Below are positions 26,853 to 40,800 of a stretch of 64,000 nucleotides of DNA, piece after piece. The stretch covers positions 8,122,001-8,186,000 of the forward strand of contig CM102287.1 of NCBI GenBank assembly GCA_046563655.1, written 5' to 3'. Numbering within the stretch: position 1 is the first letter of the stretch; each line of letters opens with the position of its first letter. The notes beneath the pieces were generated by a model. The model had not been told where the DNA came from. It worked only from the letters and a program-made list of their open reading frames with translations, and made no database searches. Source of the DNA: Yuukianura sp. NJ FZ-2021 (Eukaryota). A program made the translations under genes and the position numbers.

Positions 26853-28791
26853 AGCAAGAATTTACTTATGAAAACTGATAGCCCAACAAAGTTTAAAAAA
26901 AATTATTATGGTGATTTTTTAGGCGGCAGTGTTGCATCTTTGAGTTTCAAGAAATTCGAAAACTAAAATCACTTGAAATGAAAGTTTTGCCAACCAAATT
27001 TTTTTTTAAAATCAAAATGGTTTTTCTATGGAGAAAGTATTTTGTGGTACATTTTGTAAAAAATCACGTTCGATATCTTTTTTTTTAGCTTTTGTTGTTG
27101 CTTTTTTTTTGGGGATGCAATTTAAACTTGCTCACTAGGTTGACATGTAAGTTTTTGTTTTCGAAAAATTACAGTTGAAATACGACGAAATTTTTGAGGA
27201 TCATTTTTGGTTTTCGAATTAGCGCCAAACATTTCGAAATTCAAAAGTTGGCAAACGCCGGCACTTTTTAACTTGAGAAGCCCTATAAATTCAGGGATTG
27301 ATGATTCCTGCTTGATTTAGTTTCCAATCCAAATGTTTCCTAATGGTCCCAAATCTATTTCCCATAACCTCTTAAGGTTCAACGCTCAACCAAAAGTTAC
27401 TCCAAAGAAAATCTCCAAGCATTATTGAATTTCCATACAACAGAAAAATATGAAATGTTGGCAAGAGTTTACTCCAGAAATCCAAAATTGGTTTTCATTG
27501 GAAAGCGTTTTGGTTGATGCTAATGTGGTAGTTGTGGGTGCTGTTTTAGAAATCATGCGAAGAGAGATACATAGCCTAACCATCATACTCGCTACTGTAC
27601 TAGAAACCATCTCTCCAGTTGCAAAAGATGTCTCCGAAACCCGGGTGATTTATGTGCCCTTATTTAGCTGTAGCCTGACTCTATAAATCCTCATTCCAAA
27701 CTTCCTCCTCCTCCTCCATTTTCCGTTTCACCCAAAAAGTATGGATTCCGTATGGTCCGCGGAGCTTCCTTTACAATATAGTTAGGTTTTTAGCTTTAGT
27801 CGGTACAAAACACAAGGCTGACTACGACGTTCCGACTCATTGACGTAGAACTGAAGGAGTTAAGAGTCGGAACAGCAGCAGTTCTAATCCTTGGATCTCG
27901 ATCCGGATTCTTAAAACGTTTCAAATATTTTAACATATTTTGTCCAAATTGTTTTGAATACAAAATGTTTAATGGGTCTTAAACGGAACTGGCAGAGATA
28001 GAGGAAGGCATCATGAACTTCTAATGCAATAAACTCTTGCTAATTCAACTTCATTTCAACTCAAACGGAACGGAGATGACCTCAGGGTCATGGTCATAAA
28101 TTGACAAACAGCCGCGTGTCACATTCAATCTGATCAACATAGCTAATCACACCATTTTGTTTTTAAGCTTCTGTTTTTTCGATGGTCTCGTTCGTGCCAA
28201 ATCTAAAATTTTGAATTTGGATTTCCAATTTTGAAATTGTTTAACAATTTTGAATTGTTCAAAAATCCTTGAGACGCATGAGCAATCGATTTGTCGCCGA
28301 TTCAAGTAGGTTGGAAGCCTTATTTAAAACACAGCCAAAATAGGGATTGCGAGGTCACGGAGGTCAATTCATTTGAAATTGCATGATCAGCATATTAAAG
28401 AGCATGAGTCAGGGTATGTTTAGAAACTAAAACAGAATAAAAAAAGTTTGTAAATTAAAAATATCCAGGCGGGTTTTATTGGTCCATGTATCATGCAAAC
28501 CATGTTGTCTAAAATTCTGGACATGCACGAAGCTGCTTTAGCTTTGCAAGGAGGGGAGTGTCGTCCAGGCTGCTTTCTCCTAGAAAACTTTCACTTTCAA
28601 ATTTTAGAAAATACTACAAAATTTCTCCCCTTCCACAGCAAACCAAAAACTATAGAAGCTTTAGAAATCCAAGAGCCTAACAGTTAGGAGTCGAAAATGG
28701 TAACAGATGCAACATGTCCTGCCTGTCCACCATAAATTCCTAGGCAGAGCCTTTTCCCTTCTTTTTTCCAAAATTAAACTTATTCGATTCT

Positions 28792-28814
<23 letters not shown>
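28792..28814 (+). repeat. Poly(A) tract (A23)
   Basis: Longest homopolymer I saw in the window. Confidence 0.9.
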
Positions 28815-28822
<8 letters not shown>

Positions 28823-31800
28823 GAATTCTTAAACTGAGCTGCTAGTCTCAGCTTTTTCAGAAAAAGGCTACGCCGAAAGTGAATTCGGAAACTAAAAAGG
28901 TTCCAAATTGAACTCCAAATTTTAAAATTGTGGAATTGCGTTAACGTTTTGTAAGTTTGTGTAACTTTTGTCTTGTTTGTTGTCTAACATTGTTAAGCTG
29001 CATAGCATAGTTTTGTATCTAAAGTTCCCTTACTAAAACACAGCAGTAATTGTAACTTGTGCTCAGCAGGATCACTTTTGAAAAACATTGCAGAAGAACA
29101 AGAATTAATTTCTGCAGTGAAAAACTGGTTCTTCTGTGCATTGACCGTTCCAGGGAACAGAAAATTGTGGGAGGGGTGAAACGTGTAAGAGGCTTAGCAC
29201 AAGTGTTACCATTGATATGCCCTAACAAAACATATTTTTCATATATTTGTATACCATATTATAACTAACTTGCAATAAAGTTATACCAAACACGTTAGGT
29301 TACATAGTTTTACTCTATGGAGCAAAGAAATTAATTAAGCAGGAGGATGGATGGAAATGAGCAACAATTGGACAACAATAAAAACATCCATTGTTCTGTT
29401 TTTTAAGAAGCTCAGAATTGTTGAATTGCTAACCAACGCATACCATCAGTTTTCTTTTCAATTTTTTTTTCATATCATCTTTCAAAACTGGAATATTGAA
29501 TGTAGCTTTTAAAATATTTGAATTGGTTTCGGTTGGCTAAACATTTTAAAAGCGATTTCCACACACTTGATTCCCACTTAATTTGTTATATGACTTAATT
29601 CACTTTCAAGTTTTTACAAAACCTGCCTACTAACATTTCTGCAACAACTTTTAAACTTTTCATTTTGTTAACATCGCTACGATTTAGTTCTCACCCCCAC
29701 AATTACTCCCCTCACATACAACCTAACATCAAAGTGCGCTTTAACTTTTGATGACTGGAATTTAGTAAAGTGAAGCCTTAGTGTATGGGCGGAAAGTGCA
29801 AAAAAGATTCCCTGTTCTTGCGGTTATATAATTTGAACCTCGCAAATATCTCTAGTGGATGACTTTGTTTATGCAACCGCAGAGGATCATTTTTTGTTAT
29901 GCCCATAGATTTTAAAGTACGAATCTGTTGAGGTTCAAATACAAAGATGAAGTGGAGGAACAGAAAGAGATGATGTTCTCAAGGCCGGGCGCATGTTCAT
30001 TCAGTTCCTTTGCCATTTGGAAGTTAAGAGCTACTGGAAGGATAGGCATGAGAGGCAAAGTTAAGGCGTTCCCACACTGTATATGTAGTGCTAAAAGAGG
30101 CAGGTCGGTCGTCTTCTGCAAGATGGAATACTTTTTGGAAGAAGGTGGTGGTGGTGGAACTCCAGAATCAACCAATTCATCTCTGTCGGGATAATAATTA
30201 CTTTGCTTTCGAACTGCTTGAACCTGAGACCAGCAAAAGCAATACTTAATTATTGGCAAACTTACTAAGGGGCAATTATATTCAGAGGAATTCAATTTAC
30301 AACTTAACTGCGTCTGCGCATTAACAAAATTTTGTAGAATTTTGAAAAATTTCATCGCTAAAAACGTTTCAGTGAAAGCTTTTATTCAAAAAGAAAGTTT
30401 GGAGCGGAGGATTTAAAATTTTTTGTCCATTTGGGATAGGAGGGTTTGAACAAATTTAGAATTTTTTAGACTTTTTGTTTCGTTTTTTGTGTTTTGTTGT
30501 TTTTTTAGAACTATTTGAATGAAATTGAAAGTGTTTTGAGGTTATTTGGGATTCATTCAATTGCCCTTTCCCGTAAGCTTTCTCACCTCAACAATTTCCC
30601 CAACACTTTCAATTTCCTTGAGCCTCCTTCATTTCCCCCATTTGTATTTCCAATTTGCCTTACAATGTTAAGAGTCCTGTACGGAAAACCACGGGAATTG
30701 GATCTCAAAATCACCATTTCCCATCTCTCTTCTCTTCGCGTCTTTCCAAATAATCCCATTTACTCTGAATTTCAAATGACAAAGGATCCATTGTTCCATG
30801 AATAGGATTTGAATAGATCTTGGACTGCAAGAGAAAGGCACAGAACCCGCCTCTCGTTCCCATTTTGCAAATACCAAAAAAAAAAACACAGGGAAAAGTC
30901 AATTTGGGCCATAAATCAAGCCTAGGAGGAGAATAACCGTAATTTAGTTCCAGGAACTGGACCTATGCTTTCACTTGGTACTATGTAAGAATTACGATGC
31001 AAATTTTGGAAAGGGTTCGTCCAGAAGAATCCGTCTCTCCTGCTCAGCCATAATTCTGCCACTTTTCGCATTGACTCCAAACTTTCTTTTTCTTTTCCAA
31101 CTTTTATGGAAGGACACATGCTCAGTTGAGGCTTTTTTGAGGAGGATTGTTCAGCACTAAGGTCTAATACTTCTAATGGAACTAGGATTTTGGATAGATA
31201 TGGTCTAACCTACAAAAGGAACTACTAACTCTTCTGCACTGCATCAGCAACCAGCCAAAGGCTTGGCGCTGCAGTAACCATGACTACGGAGCTTCCTGGC
31301 GCTTGCAAAAGCCCTTTTTCGCTTCTGTTCTAACTCGATGATTTATTGGACCAAGACCCAGCAGAACATTCAGCATTTTTTATTCTAGAAATTATTGGCA
31401 TTAGATTCTAGCTCTCTTAAGCTTAGAAGTGGGCTGTAGCCTAACCTACAGAACTTTAGTGTTTTGGTAAGAGAATTGAGCTAGAGACTGAGCACAACAA
31501 GGGGCCTAAGCGAATTCCTCTAGTTTTCCATTCTCGTAATGAATTCGACTCTTGCCAATTTTCACCGCACATACTTCTTTCACGAACCGAGAAATTATTG
31601 ATCCACTACCCGCAAAAAACGGTTAGTTTTGGTACAACTCCTCTCTATATCAAAACTTTGTAACAAAATTGAGTTGATGATAATTTGAAAGGAAGAAAAA
31701 AGTTCTTTTTCTTCTGTGTTTAGAAAAATTAGGTATACTTAAGATTAAGTAAAACTGTTGAGGAATAAGTGGACTTGGAAAAATCGGGGAACAATTATTA

Positions 31801-34800
31801 TGATTACAAACGGAAATTCGTGATGTAGACTTTAAAGTCTTGAAATGTGATAAAAATCTAAAATTCAGAGGAAATCAAAATTACTACACAAAAAATTCTT
31901 CAGCTATATTTACATCAAGCGAACAAGTCACAAACAATATTTTAAATGTTGAATTTTTTAATGAATATTCTTCAAAGTTGAAAAAAATCAGATACACCCG
32001 ATTTTTTTTGAAATCCAGTTTATGCTTGCAAGTTTTTTTTTTTTCGAGAGTTTCAAGATGTGAAAATTGAAACATTTTAATTAAGAAACATTTCAAGTTA
32101 ATTTATTGTGACAAGAATTAATTTATGGTTCGAAAATTTCAGACGTCACAAAATGAAGAAACTACGAACAGGGTGCGACTGCCTCTTGAAATCTTCATTT
32201 CTAAATCCAAAATTTCGAGATTTGAAAGTCTCCAGTTGTGCCAGATTTTTATCAGCTTTGCACGTTTTCAGTGAACCTCGGAGAAAGTCAAATGATTACG
32301 CCAGCAAAAGAGGCCAACAAAATATATTTTTTCTTGTATGAAACGTCTTTACTTTACTCCTGCTGTGTGAATGAAATCCTCATGAATGTTAATTTAGATA
32401 TGAAGGCCAATTCGTAGCCTGGTGATACACATGACTCTTCTTTAGAAGATTCACACTATGTCCTAAAGTCTATATATTCATGAAAGTATATGTTTCTGGA
32501 TTGAATTGAACCGAAAAGCAAGAGTTGTAGGACTGGATTTATAGCTCCCTGTTCGGCGGGACGCTTCACACTTTATGAGACTTTATTTCCGAAAGTCCTA
32601 TGATTCAAAATTCGGGTTTTGCTGGAAGTTATAAGGTTGAAAGTGGAGCTAGAAGCAGAACTTTAGAAAGTAAATCAGCGCTGGTGTAGTAAGCGCTCTA
32701 AAAACGAAATGGCGGCGGTTTGGCAAAAGGAAGAGAAAGAAGTAATTTTTGAGGCGTGAAGAGACAGATTCCAACCACTCTGAATTTACACTCCCAGAAT
32801 CATCATCATCCTTCACCAGCCACCAGGAAAAACCCTTCTATTCGCTTGACTTCAACTTTAGAAAACTAGAAACCTTTCACTTGGCGCATAGAAACAGCGC
32901 GCCTTTCTTTTTCGAATCTTTGAACCCGCATTTCTGCCTGTTTCTCCTGCTGTGACAACGATCTTGTCTCCCATTGTCCTCTGCAAAATAAGAGCACAGA
33001 GGAAAGCTACCTTATTTCCGTTTTCTCACCAACAATTTTGAATTGACGCTCTCTTTTTACCAAAGACGGAACTAAACTCCGGTGCCAACATTTTTCAAAC
33101 CAATTTACAAAACTAAAAACTTTCCCTACCACCATAATTATGCACCGGAAACGGAGAAAATGCTAACGTTTCTCTCTTTTCCAAATTGGAATTGGAGCTC
33201 TTAAATCATTCGTGCTAGTAAAGGCATAGACTTAGCTCAGAATCTAAGGTAACTTTCTCCATGCCCTGCACATGCGCAGATCCATTTCAAAAGAGAAAGC
33301 CAAGTCACCAGGGAAGCATTGATCGGTGGGCCCATCTCCAAAAGAACTCAGAACTCCACTTTCCCAAATAGGAAACTTTCTCCTCCGAACCCACCCACTT
33401 GCACAATGTCGCCTTTTCTCCTTTCTCCAGCAAAAATAGAAGAAAAAAGGCTTATAAAGAATTCTCTACTTTTTTTCTTGCTTTATATTCCAGAAAGGAT
33501 GAAGAAAAAAGAGAAAGGAACAATCCATTTTCCTAAGGCTGGATTTCCTGGAGCTACTGCTGGAGACTGGAACAGTTGGAAGGAATTCAAGTAAGAGCTT
33601 CTCTTTTTTTTTCTGGAAGCATAGCCTATGGACCTTATCCGTACGAATAACCTAACAATGCTTAAGGAAAGACACTTTGAATTTTTTTGGAAGAAGAAAG
33701 GACCAGAGGTCATATTTCCAGTACAGTTTCCAACTTTTTCAAAAAATGCTTTCACTTGCTTTCTCACAGCGTGAAACTTTTCAAAAAGTTAACAAATGTT
33801 GAGAAAAGAAATTTTGTTTTGGGGAAAAGGAAAGCAACATTTTGTTGACAAACTTCAAATATTGTGAGAATTCTCATGCGTGGTTCCTCCATTGTCGCTT
33901 TTCCAAAAGAGAAAGTTGGATTTTTTCATTTCGAAACTTTTTTTTGGCTGTGTTCGCAATGTTTTTTGTGCTTTTTTTTTGTATAGAGCATCCAGGAACC
34001 ATAATTTTGAAAATCAAAATGAATACAATTTTTTTTCTTCAAAAATGTGACAGATTTGTGATGCTTTGATGTAGGATGACAAAGTAGGCTTATTATTCGT
34101 AACCGGAAGGAAGTTTTTGTTCAGTTGATTATAACTTTCAAGAGTCAAAAACTTCTTTTTGTTCAAAAGTATTGAAGTGGAAAGAGATACAAACATTAGG
34201 TTAGGTTAAACATTAGGGAAAGAGGACATTATGAGTTCTCGACATGCTTTTTCAGAAACGCACGAGGGAAATAAGCAGCTAGCGTTTTTGGATCTCTTCT
34301 GGAAAGTCGTATGTTTCTAATAGGATTTTGGGTAGAAGGGAAAGTGTAATCTGAAGGATTCCCTGCCAATATAAGTCTCCCATTAAGAGCAAAGATCACG
34401 TAAAAGACTTCTATCTTCACTCCCCAGCACAAGTTACAAACCACATCAGTCCTTCCAGGAAGCTTCTATGGTGTCCAGTCTCTTTTTTGAAAAACTTTAT
34501 GCCGTGTTCTAAATCATTTTTTGAAATTCCGAATCTCAGCGAGCTTATTTGCATTTCGGAAGACCGGACACTGTACAGTGCACAACTACTTTATTTCAGT
34601 AATCTAACAATGAAATGCGCTCTCCAGGTCATTCTTCATCTTAAACTAGAATTGCATTGTTGCATTGTCTTTTCTCAACACGCACGAACGTCCACGATTT
34701 ATCATTTCCTCTGATTATGAGTATAAAAACATCCTTCCTAGAAAAAAAAATTCAAAAAAAGAGTTTGTCTTTCCGAAACGTTTGAAACTTTAAATTTTTT

Positions 34801-37800
34801 GAAAAGTTTTGACAAGATTCAGATTTACTCATACTTGTGAAAACGCATCGAACCTGCAAAACCCCAAAAAATTGTGATGTGAAATGCTCACTATTTCTAA
34901 TGGCGTGTTAACTAACATCATTTTTAATTTCCAGAAAAATTCAAATTTTTAGTTTCAAATTGACTTAGGTTTCAAGAAACTAAATTTTTGAAACAATTTG
35001 TTACGTTTTTTGCTAAAGTGCCTCGAAGGGACAGAGATTTAAGATAAAGCCGCAATGTCAATAACATTTTACAGGGAGCAATTCACTTTTGAGATCTACG
35101 ATCGGAGATTACGCATCGGAATGTGTGCAAAAAAGCGTCAAATAATTTCAAACTGAAAACGGAAACATTTGCGCAAGATTTCTTTCTTATGTCTTGTTAC
35201 GTTTCAAACTTTTGTGAAGTTTCATCACGAAGTTTCCGACGGTGGCCCTGGAGCCAAAAACTGCAAAAAAGAGAAAAAGTTGTGGTTGTTCTGAAATATG
35301 CCTTGGGCTTAAGTCCCTGTCTCTTCCGTGTGCCCATGCCTCCTTGCCTGGGAATTTGGTATGCAGAGAGGATTGTGTGAGTCCTTTGTATTCCAATTGG
35401 ACGTCTAATAAGTCGTAGGCCTCAGTTCTAAATCTCTGGGAAGAAAGTTTAATAGGGACGGGGGCCCTGGGAGGCCTACTCCTTGGCTCTGTCTCCCCGA
35501 TCACTTCCCCTAGTTATTTATGCAGTTAGTTATCCCACTCCTTTCTCTGGAGGAATAAGAAACTTACTTTCATTTTAGGAAAAGTGGAATTTAGTAAGGA
35601 GAAAGTAAAATAGGGAACAGAAAGTCCATTTTCCCTAAACCACCAAAGACTTTTCTCCTTCTTCTGCCAACAATAAACAGCCAACCTCCTCAAATAATAT
35701 ACTTCCCACTCGCATATTTCTAACACCCAAAAACTTAAGTCTCCACACTTTCCCCAAAACTCATAATTCTCACAGACATGCCCTTTAATTACATTTCTTA
35801 GTCCTAAACTAATATTTAAAGCCTCAAAAAACACTTTCAAAATTTTAGACTCAAAAAGACAGAAAAACATTTTCAGAAATACGAAATCGTATTTTTGAAT
35901 ATGCTTTTGGAGAAAAAACTGCCAGAAGTATTTTTAGACTTAGGTTAGGCAGAGCCTAGGCAGCTTAACTTTGAGCGAAGAAAAAATTCTTCTTTTTTTT
36001 TTGCAAAAAAAAGTGGTTGGAGATCCTAAAAGAGAAAACCGGAACAGCCGTAATTCATTTTGTAGACTTGAAAAAAGTAATTACGGAAGCTGTGTGCTTT
36101 CCCCTTGCCTTGAGAACTAGGACTTTCTTTACAAATGGAAAAATTAGAACTTTCAAATTTATGGCAAAGTCTCCCGGCCCTTCTTCCCTTAAATTTGCTT
36201 TGCAACTGACTCTTTTTTTGCATTAAAAAATACCGCCACCATCCCTCGCCTTTCTTTTCCAGAAGACTTAAAATGTGATTTTAATTTAGAATTCTAATGT
36301 TTTAATTAATTTGATTTAGGAGAATGGGAAATGGAATTAGAAAATTTCACAAGAGTTATGGCCATGACCCTTAACATGACCTAACTAAAGCCGTGCTAAC
36401 TCTTACACCAATCGCAACGTAAGTATTTAATAGTTATAAATTTAATTGAAACAAAAGAAAGCAACCTGGAGTAAAATCAATCTAACATGAGTTGAAGATG
36501 AAGTAATTTAAACTTTATATTTAACTTACCGGCTTGGATATACTGTAATAGACATCAGCTGCCACTTTTTCACTGTAAACTTAACAAAACTTATGATTTC
36601 TCATGTTAAGGGTGATTAATTCCACACAAACTACCTTTACCAAGCTATTATTTTGAATTTTGGAAACAATTTCTGAATTTAATGTCAAAATTTAACCTAA
36701 AAATTACCAATTTTTTAAATTTCAGAAACGAAATGGAGGGGACAGATGGATTGTGATCTCGGAAATGGCCGCCAGGAGGAGAAACTCCCACGAAGACCAA
36801 AGGGGCCCTTTTAAGTCCCCCTCGCTATAAGTTACGTAACACCTCAAAGGACCATACCAGAACCAGCTTACGTGATGCAGAGCACTCCCTTCAAGCAATT
36901 CAACCAAGGTTGCCTCCGCAGAATCCTTGAGCCTTATTCTTTACTTAGAAAAAGCCCAAAAGTACCCCAAAATAACGGTGTCCCGAAATAGTTTCATTTT
37001 TTAAGGCTCCCTTCATTCAACTTCAAGGACACTGGTCAAGGGTCCCTTGGCCCAGTTGTCATAAACTGATCTTTTTGAATTTTAAAAAAGGTAGATGACA
37101 CAGTTAGGTTTTTTCAAAGCCTTTTCCCTTAAACTAACGTTTTCCGAACCCTAATTTCGGTAATTTTGTCTTTTATTAGAACTGTAGTCGAGGAATAATA
37201 AAAGTAGAGGTGACAGAGTCCTACTGTTGGCTTGTTTTTTAGCGTCGATTCTTACGTAACTTAAAAAACTTCTGAGGGGTCAAAGGAGTCATAAACCTAA
37301 CAATAACTTAGGATAGGTTTGAACAAGGTGAAGGATCCAAACTGGATCTGTAAAGTCCAGTTAGGCTAATAAAATTTGGAAAAAATCTTTTTCAAAAATA
37401 GATTTCGGGCTTAAAAAATTTTTATTTGTCAGAGCTCGTCAGTCTCTTTTTAGTTTTGGTGTCACTTACAACAATTTTGAAACGTGTAAAATTAAATTTG
37501 AATTCAATTAGTTTTTCGCACACAACTCTTCTCTCTCTCTCTCAGCGGAAACTAATTGAGATTTGGAGTGATTCAAAATTTTATAATTTAAAAAAAAAAC
37601 AAGATTATGGAAATTCGGATCTAACAAGGTAAAAAATCATATTTCATTTCAGCTTTTACCTTCTCCTACTCTAATTTTCTTCAATAAATTTGGATCAACT
37701 TTTTTTTTTTCAAAAAAATGCTTTTGGAAATTTGGAGCTTATGAGAAATGGGATTTGATTCTGCAGTTCCCAAGAGTGAAAGTATAAATCATAATTTGTG

Positions 37801-40800
37801 CCCACTACGCAGCACTCATACTAAACACGTAAGAAAATGTTAGGCTAACTTTACCTAACCTCAGAAAGGGATGCTGTCTCTCGTTCTTTGTCTAAAGGTA
37901 CATTACCTTTTGTGTGTAAGTGAAAGTAGGAATTTCGGTGGCAAATTAGAAAGAGAAAGTGCGAAGGGAAGAGAGGATTGATCTTTGAATTGGAGTCTTT
38001 CCAAGCACTAACTCAAATCTTATCAAGGGCTCCCTGACATTTCCAATTTTAGTTTCAAATTATTCTGAATTTTTTGTCAAAAGAATCTTCCAGAAATCTC
38101 AAGAAACGAACCGACGCTGCGTAAGAAACATCAATCTTTGCCCTTCTTCACTTTCTCCTTCCTGTTCTTAGAAATTTTAGAATTTTATTTTCTTTTTATC
38201 TAGAAACACTTTTCATTGTGGTGTCATCGTCGCTACAAAATTTCAAATTTCAAATCTTATTTCAAAAATAGTAGCTAACATAAACGATGGCTACAAAAAC
38301 GCAAAGGCCTTTGTATTAAATTATAAGGCTTGACAGTTCATTCGGAAATGTTCAAGTTGTAATTTAATGGAGGTTCAAATGACATTTCTTAAATTCAAGT
38401 TTTGAAAAACTGAACTGAATTTGAATTGAATGGTTGGAAATTTGAAATATCTTTCTCCAAACCAAGTTATTACTTTTATAGGAAATTTTCAGTTCGAAAT
38501 TGAATCAATGGCCTATTTAATTAATCTGAAATTGTTAACGAGACACGCAAATGTGGTACTAGGTGGTTTGAGTTGATTAAAAAAAACTTGTCTTTTTTCA
38601 ATGAATTTGTGATGTTGTTAAAAGCTGAAATTTCAGTAAAAAGTTAAGATTTTGTTATAAAGCATTTCCGCAGGAACCAGCAGGTAGGGGTTTGCTGACT
38701 TTTTGAATGAATGTCGGTGTGTATCTTGTGACTTGAGCGGGATTGATTGATTAGAGCCAGTTTGAAGTCCAAAACCAACGGAAAACAGCGGGGTGGATTG
38801 ATGTGGTTAGGGAAAAAACTATGCTGCACCTTCATTAAAGTTGAAACAACTTAAATCATCCTCCAAAAAAAACTTCATAAAAACTGGATTTCAAATTTTG
38901 AAAAAAAGTGGATTCAGCACCCAGAAGGCACAACTTTTGCACTAACTAGCCAAATAAGCAATTCATGTGTGTTGGCTTTAAAAAAATTAGGACCTTGGCG
39001 TCACATCAAACAATTTTCAAAATTTGAGGTTCAAATCCAATTTAAAATAAACAGTTCGCATTCTGTCTTCTGTCTATGCTTTCCTTGAGTTGGAGAAAGT
39101 CGTGACTCGTTCCAGTCCCACTTGGAGCATGCAAAGCGCTTTCTCGGCTTTTCTCAAAGTTTCAAAATCCGCCGGAAGATGGCTCTTCATAGGCAGTGTT
39201 ACAGACACAACAGCTTTCCCTGACGCCATCGTATGCTACTTGAAGGTTAGGGACAGCTAAGTTTAAGGCTTAACCTAACATTAATAAGTTATGTTAAGGT
39301 TGTAGAGCTTTTAAATCTGGTTTAATGGTTCCATTAATTACAATTGACAGATTCATGAACATACAGAAGGTCGTTATGATGATCCAGTAGACTATAAGTT
39401 TTCTTGTGTTGTGTACATTACTTATCCTAGTTCCAATCAAAATCAGGTGTAAATTGAGCTTAACTTTCACACGGTCTGGCTGCTTCAAAAGGAAAGTGGA
39501 AAACGATTTGAACCAAAACTTTTCACCACGACTGACTACTTTTACTGACAGTTCGTATGAAAACTTACTTCGAGGCAATACGTATACAATACAAACGGGA
39601 CAAGAATGGGCGCGAAACACGCAGATGATTTGAAATGACGCAACTCATTTCTGCGGCATTTTTTTGAATTGATTGTATAGCCTAACCTCCACTTTTTTGT
39701 TTACTGAATAACGGGTTCGACAAATCAAATATAATCTACAGATCGTGTCCTCATAATAGAAGTAGCAACGCTGTAAACTGAAACCCGAGATTTAAAGAAA
39801 AAAACTTACATTTTATTTCTTAAATAAAGTTTGGAAACAACAGTGAGTTTTCCAATTTTGAGAGAAAACAACTCAGCGACTACTTTTGCAAAAACTTTAA
39901 GTTTAAGTTTAGTTTAATGTTGTCTCAAAGTTGTCCACGAAGTTTACACAAAGTAACTTTTCTGTCTCCCGATGAAATACTTTTCCTATTTATCATAATT
40001 TGGTCATTACAAAAGACAAGTCCACTTAACTTCAACTTCCTCAAGTGAAACAATCCATTTTCAAGTATCTCCAAATCTTCAACAATTTCTCACCTACTCT
40101 CCACTCCAAACATTTCCAAATTCAGAAACTACTTTTTCTAAAAATGTCTCAGGTTTGAAATTTGCCTTAGGAGAAAATCGGCGGGTAGATGAGGATAACA
40201 TTTTGTTTACAAAATCTGATAGACGTTCTCTCGCTACTTTCACTGATTTGAAGGTGTGAAAAGTGGCACTCCCAAAATCGGGTATTTTGGTAAATTTAAT
40301 TAAAGATGCTAATGGAATTAAGTGAAAGTGAGGAGAAGGAAGAGCAACAGTTGAAGTGCCTACTAAAATCTAATGACAACATCTCCTCCAAGTCTAATTT
40401 CATTAACACAGAAAGCCAGGATTCTTTCACTTGTGCAATTACTTTCACTCTCAATTAATCTGATACTTTTCTGATGTCTTTGATTTTTTTGTAAATTGCC
40501 ACATTTGACCGTTTTCTTCTCAAGTGAAAGTTGAGTTGAAAACTTAGAGAGAAAAAAATCGTAACTTTATTCACGTTCTCAATCTCAACATGAGCGGATT
40601 AATCAAGCAGTTTTTAATCCTGGGATTTTTCCTATCCAGACATGTGCGTAAGCAACAAAAATTCATTTTGATTTGAAACCAAAAATTAAATGAAAATTCA
40701 AGTTCTCTTTCCTTGAAGCTCAGATTTCAATCTTGCATTTGAGTAAAATATTTTTATGCTCTTTGATTACTCGTTAGAATGTTTCACAACATCTAAATTG

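Noticed and set aside
28740..28860. Retroposon (SINE/LINE) tail at the A23 tract
   Set aside because: No TSD, Pol III A/B boxes or RT remnant was identifiable upstream.
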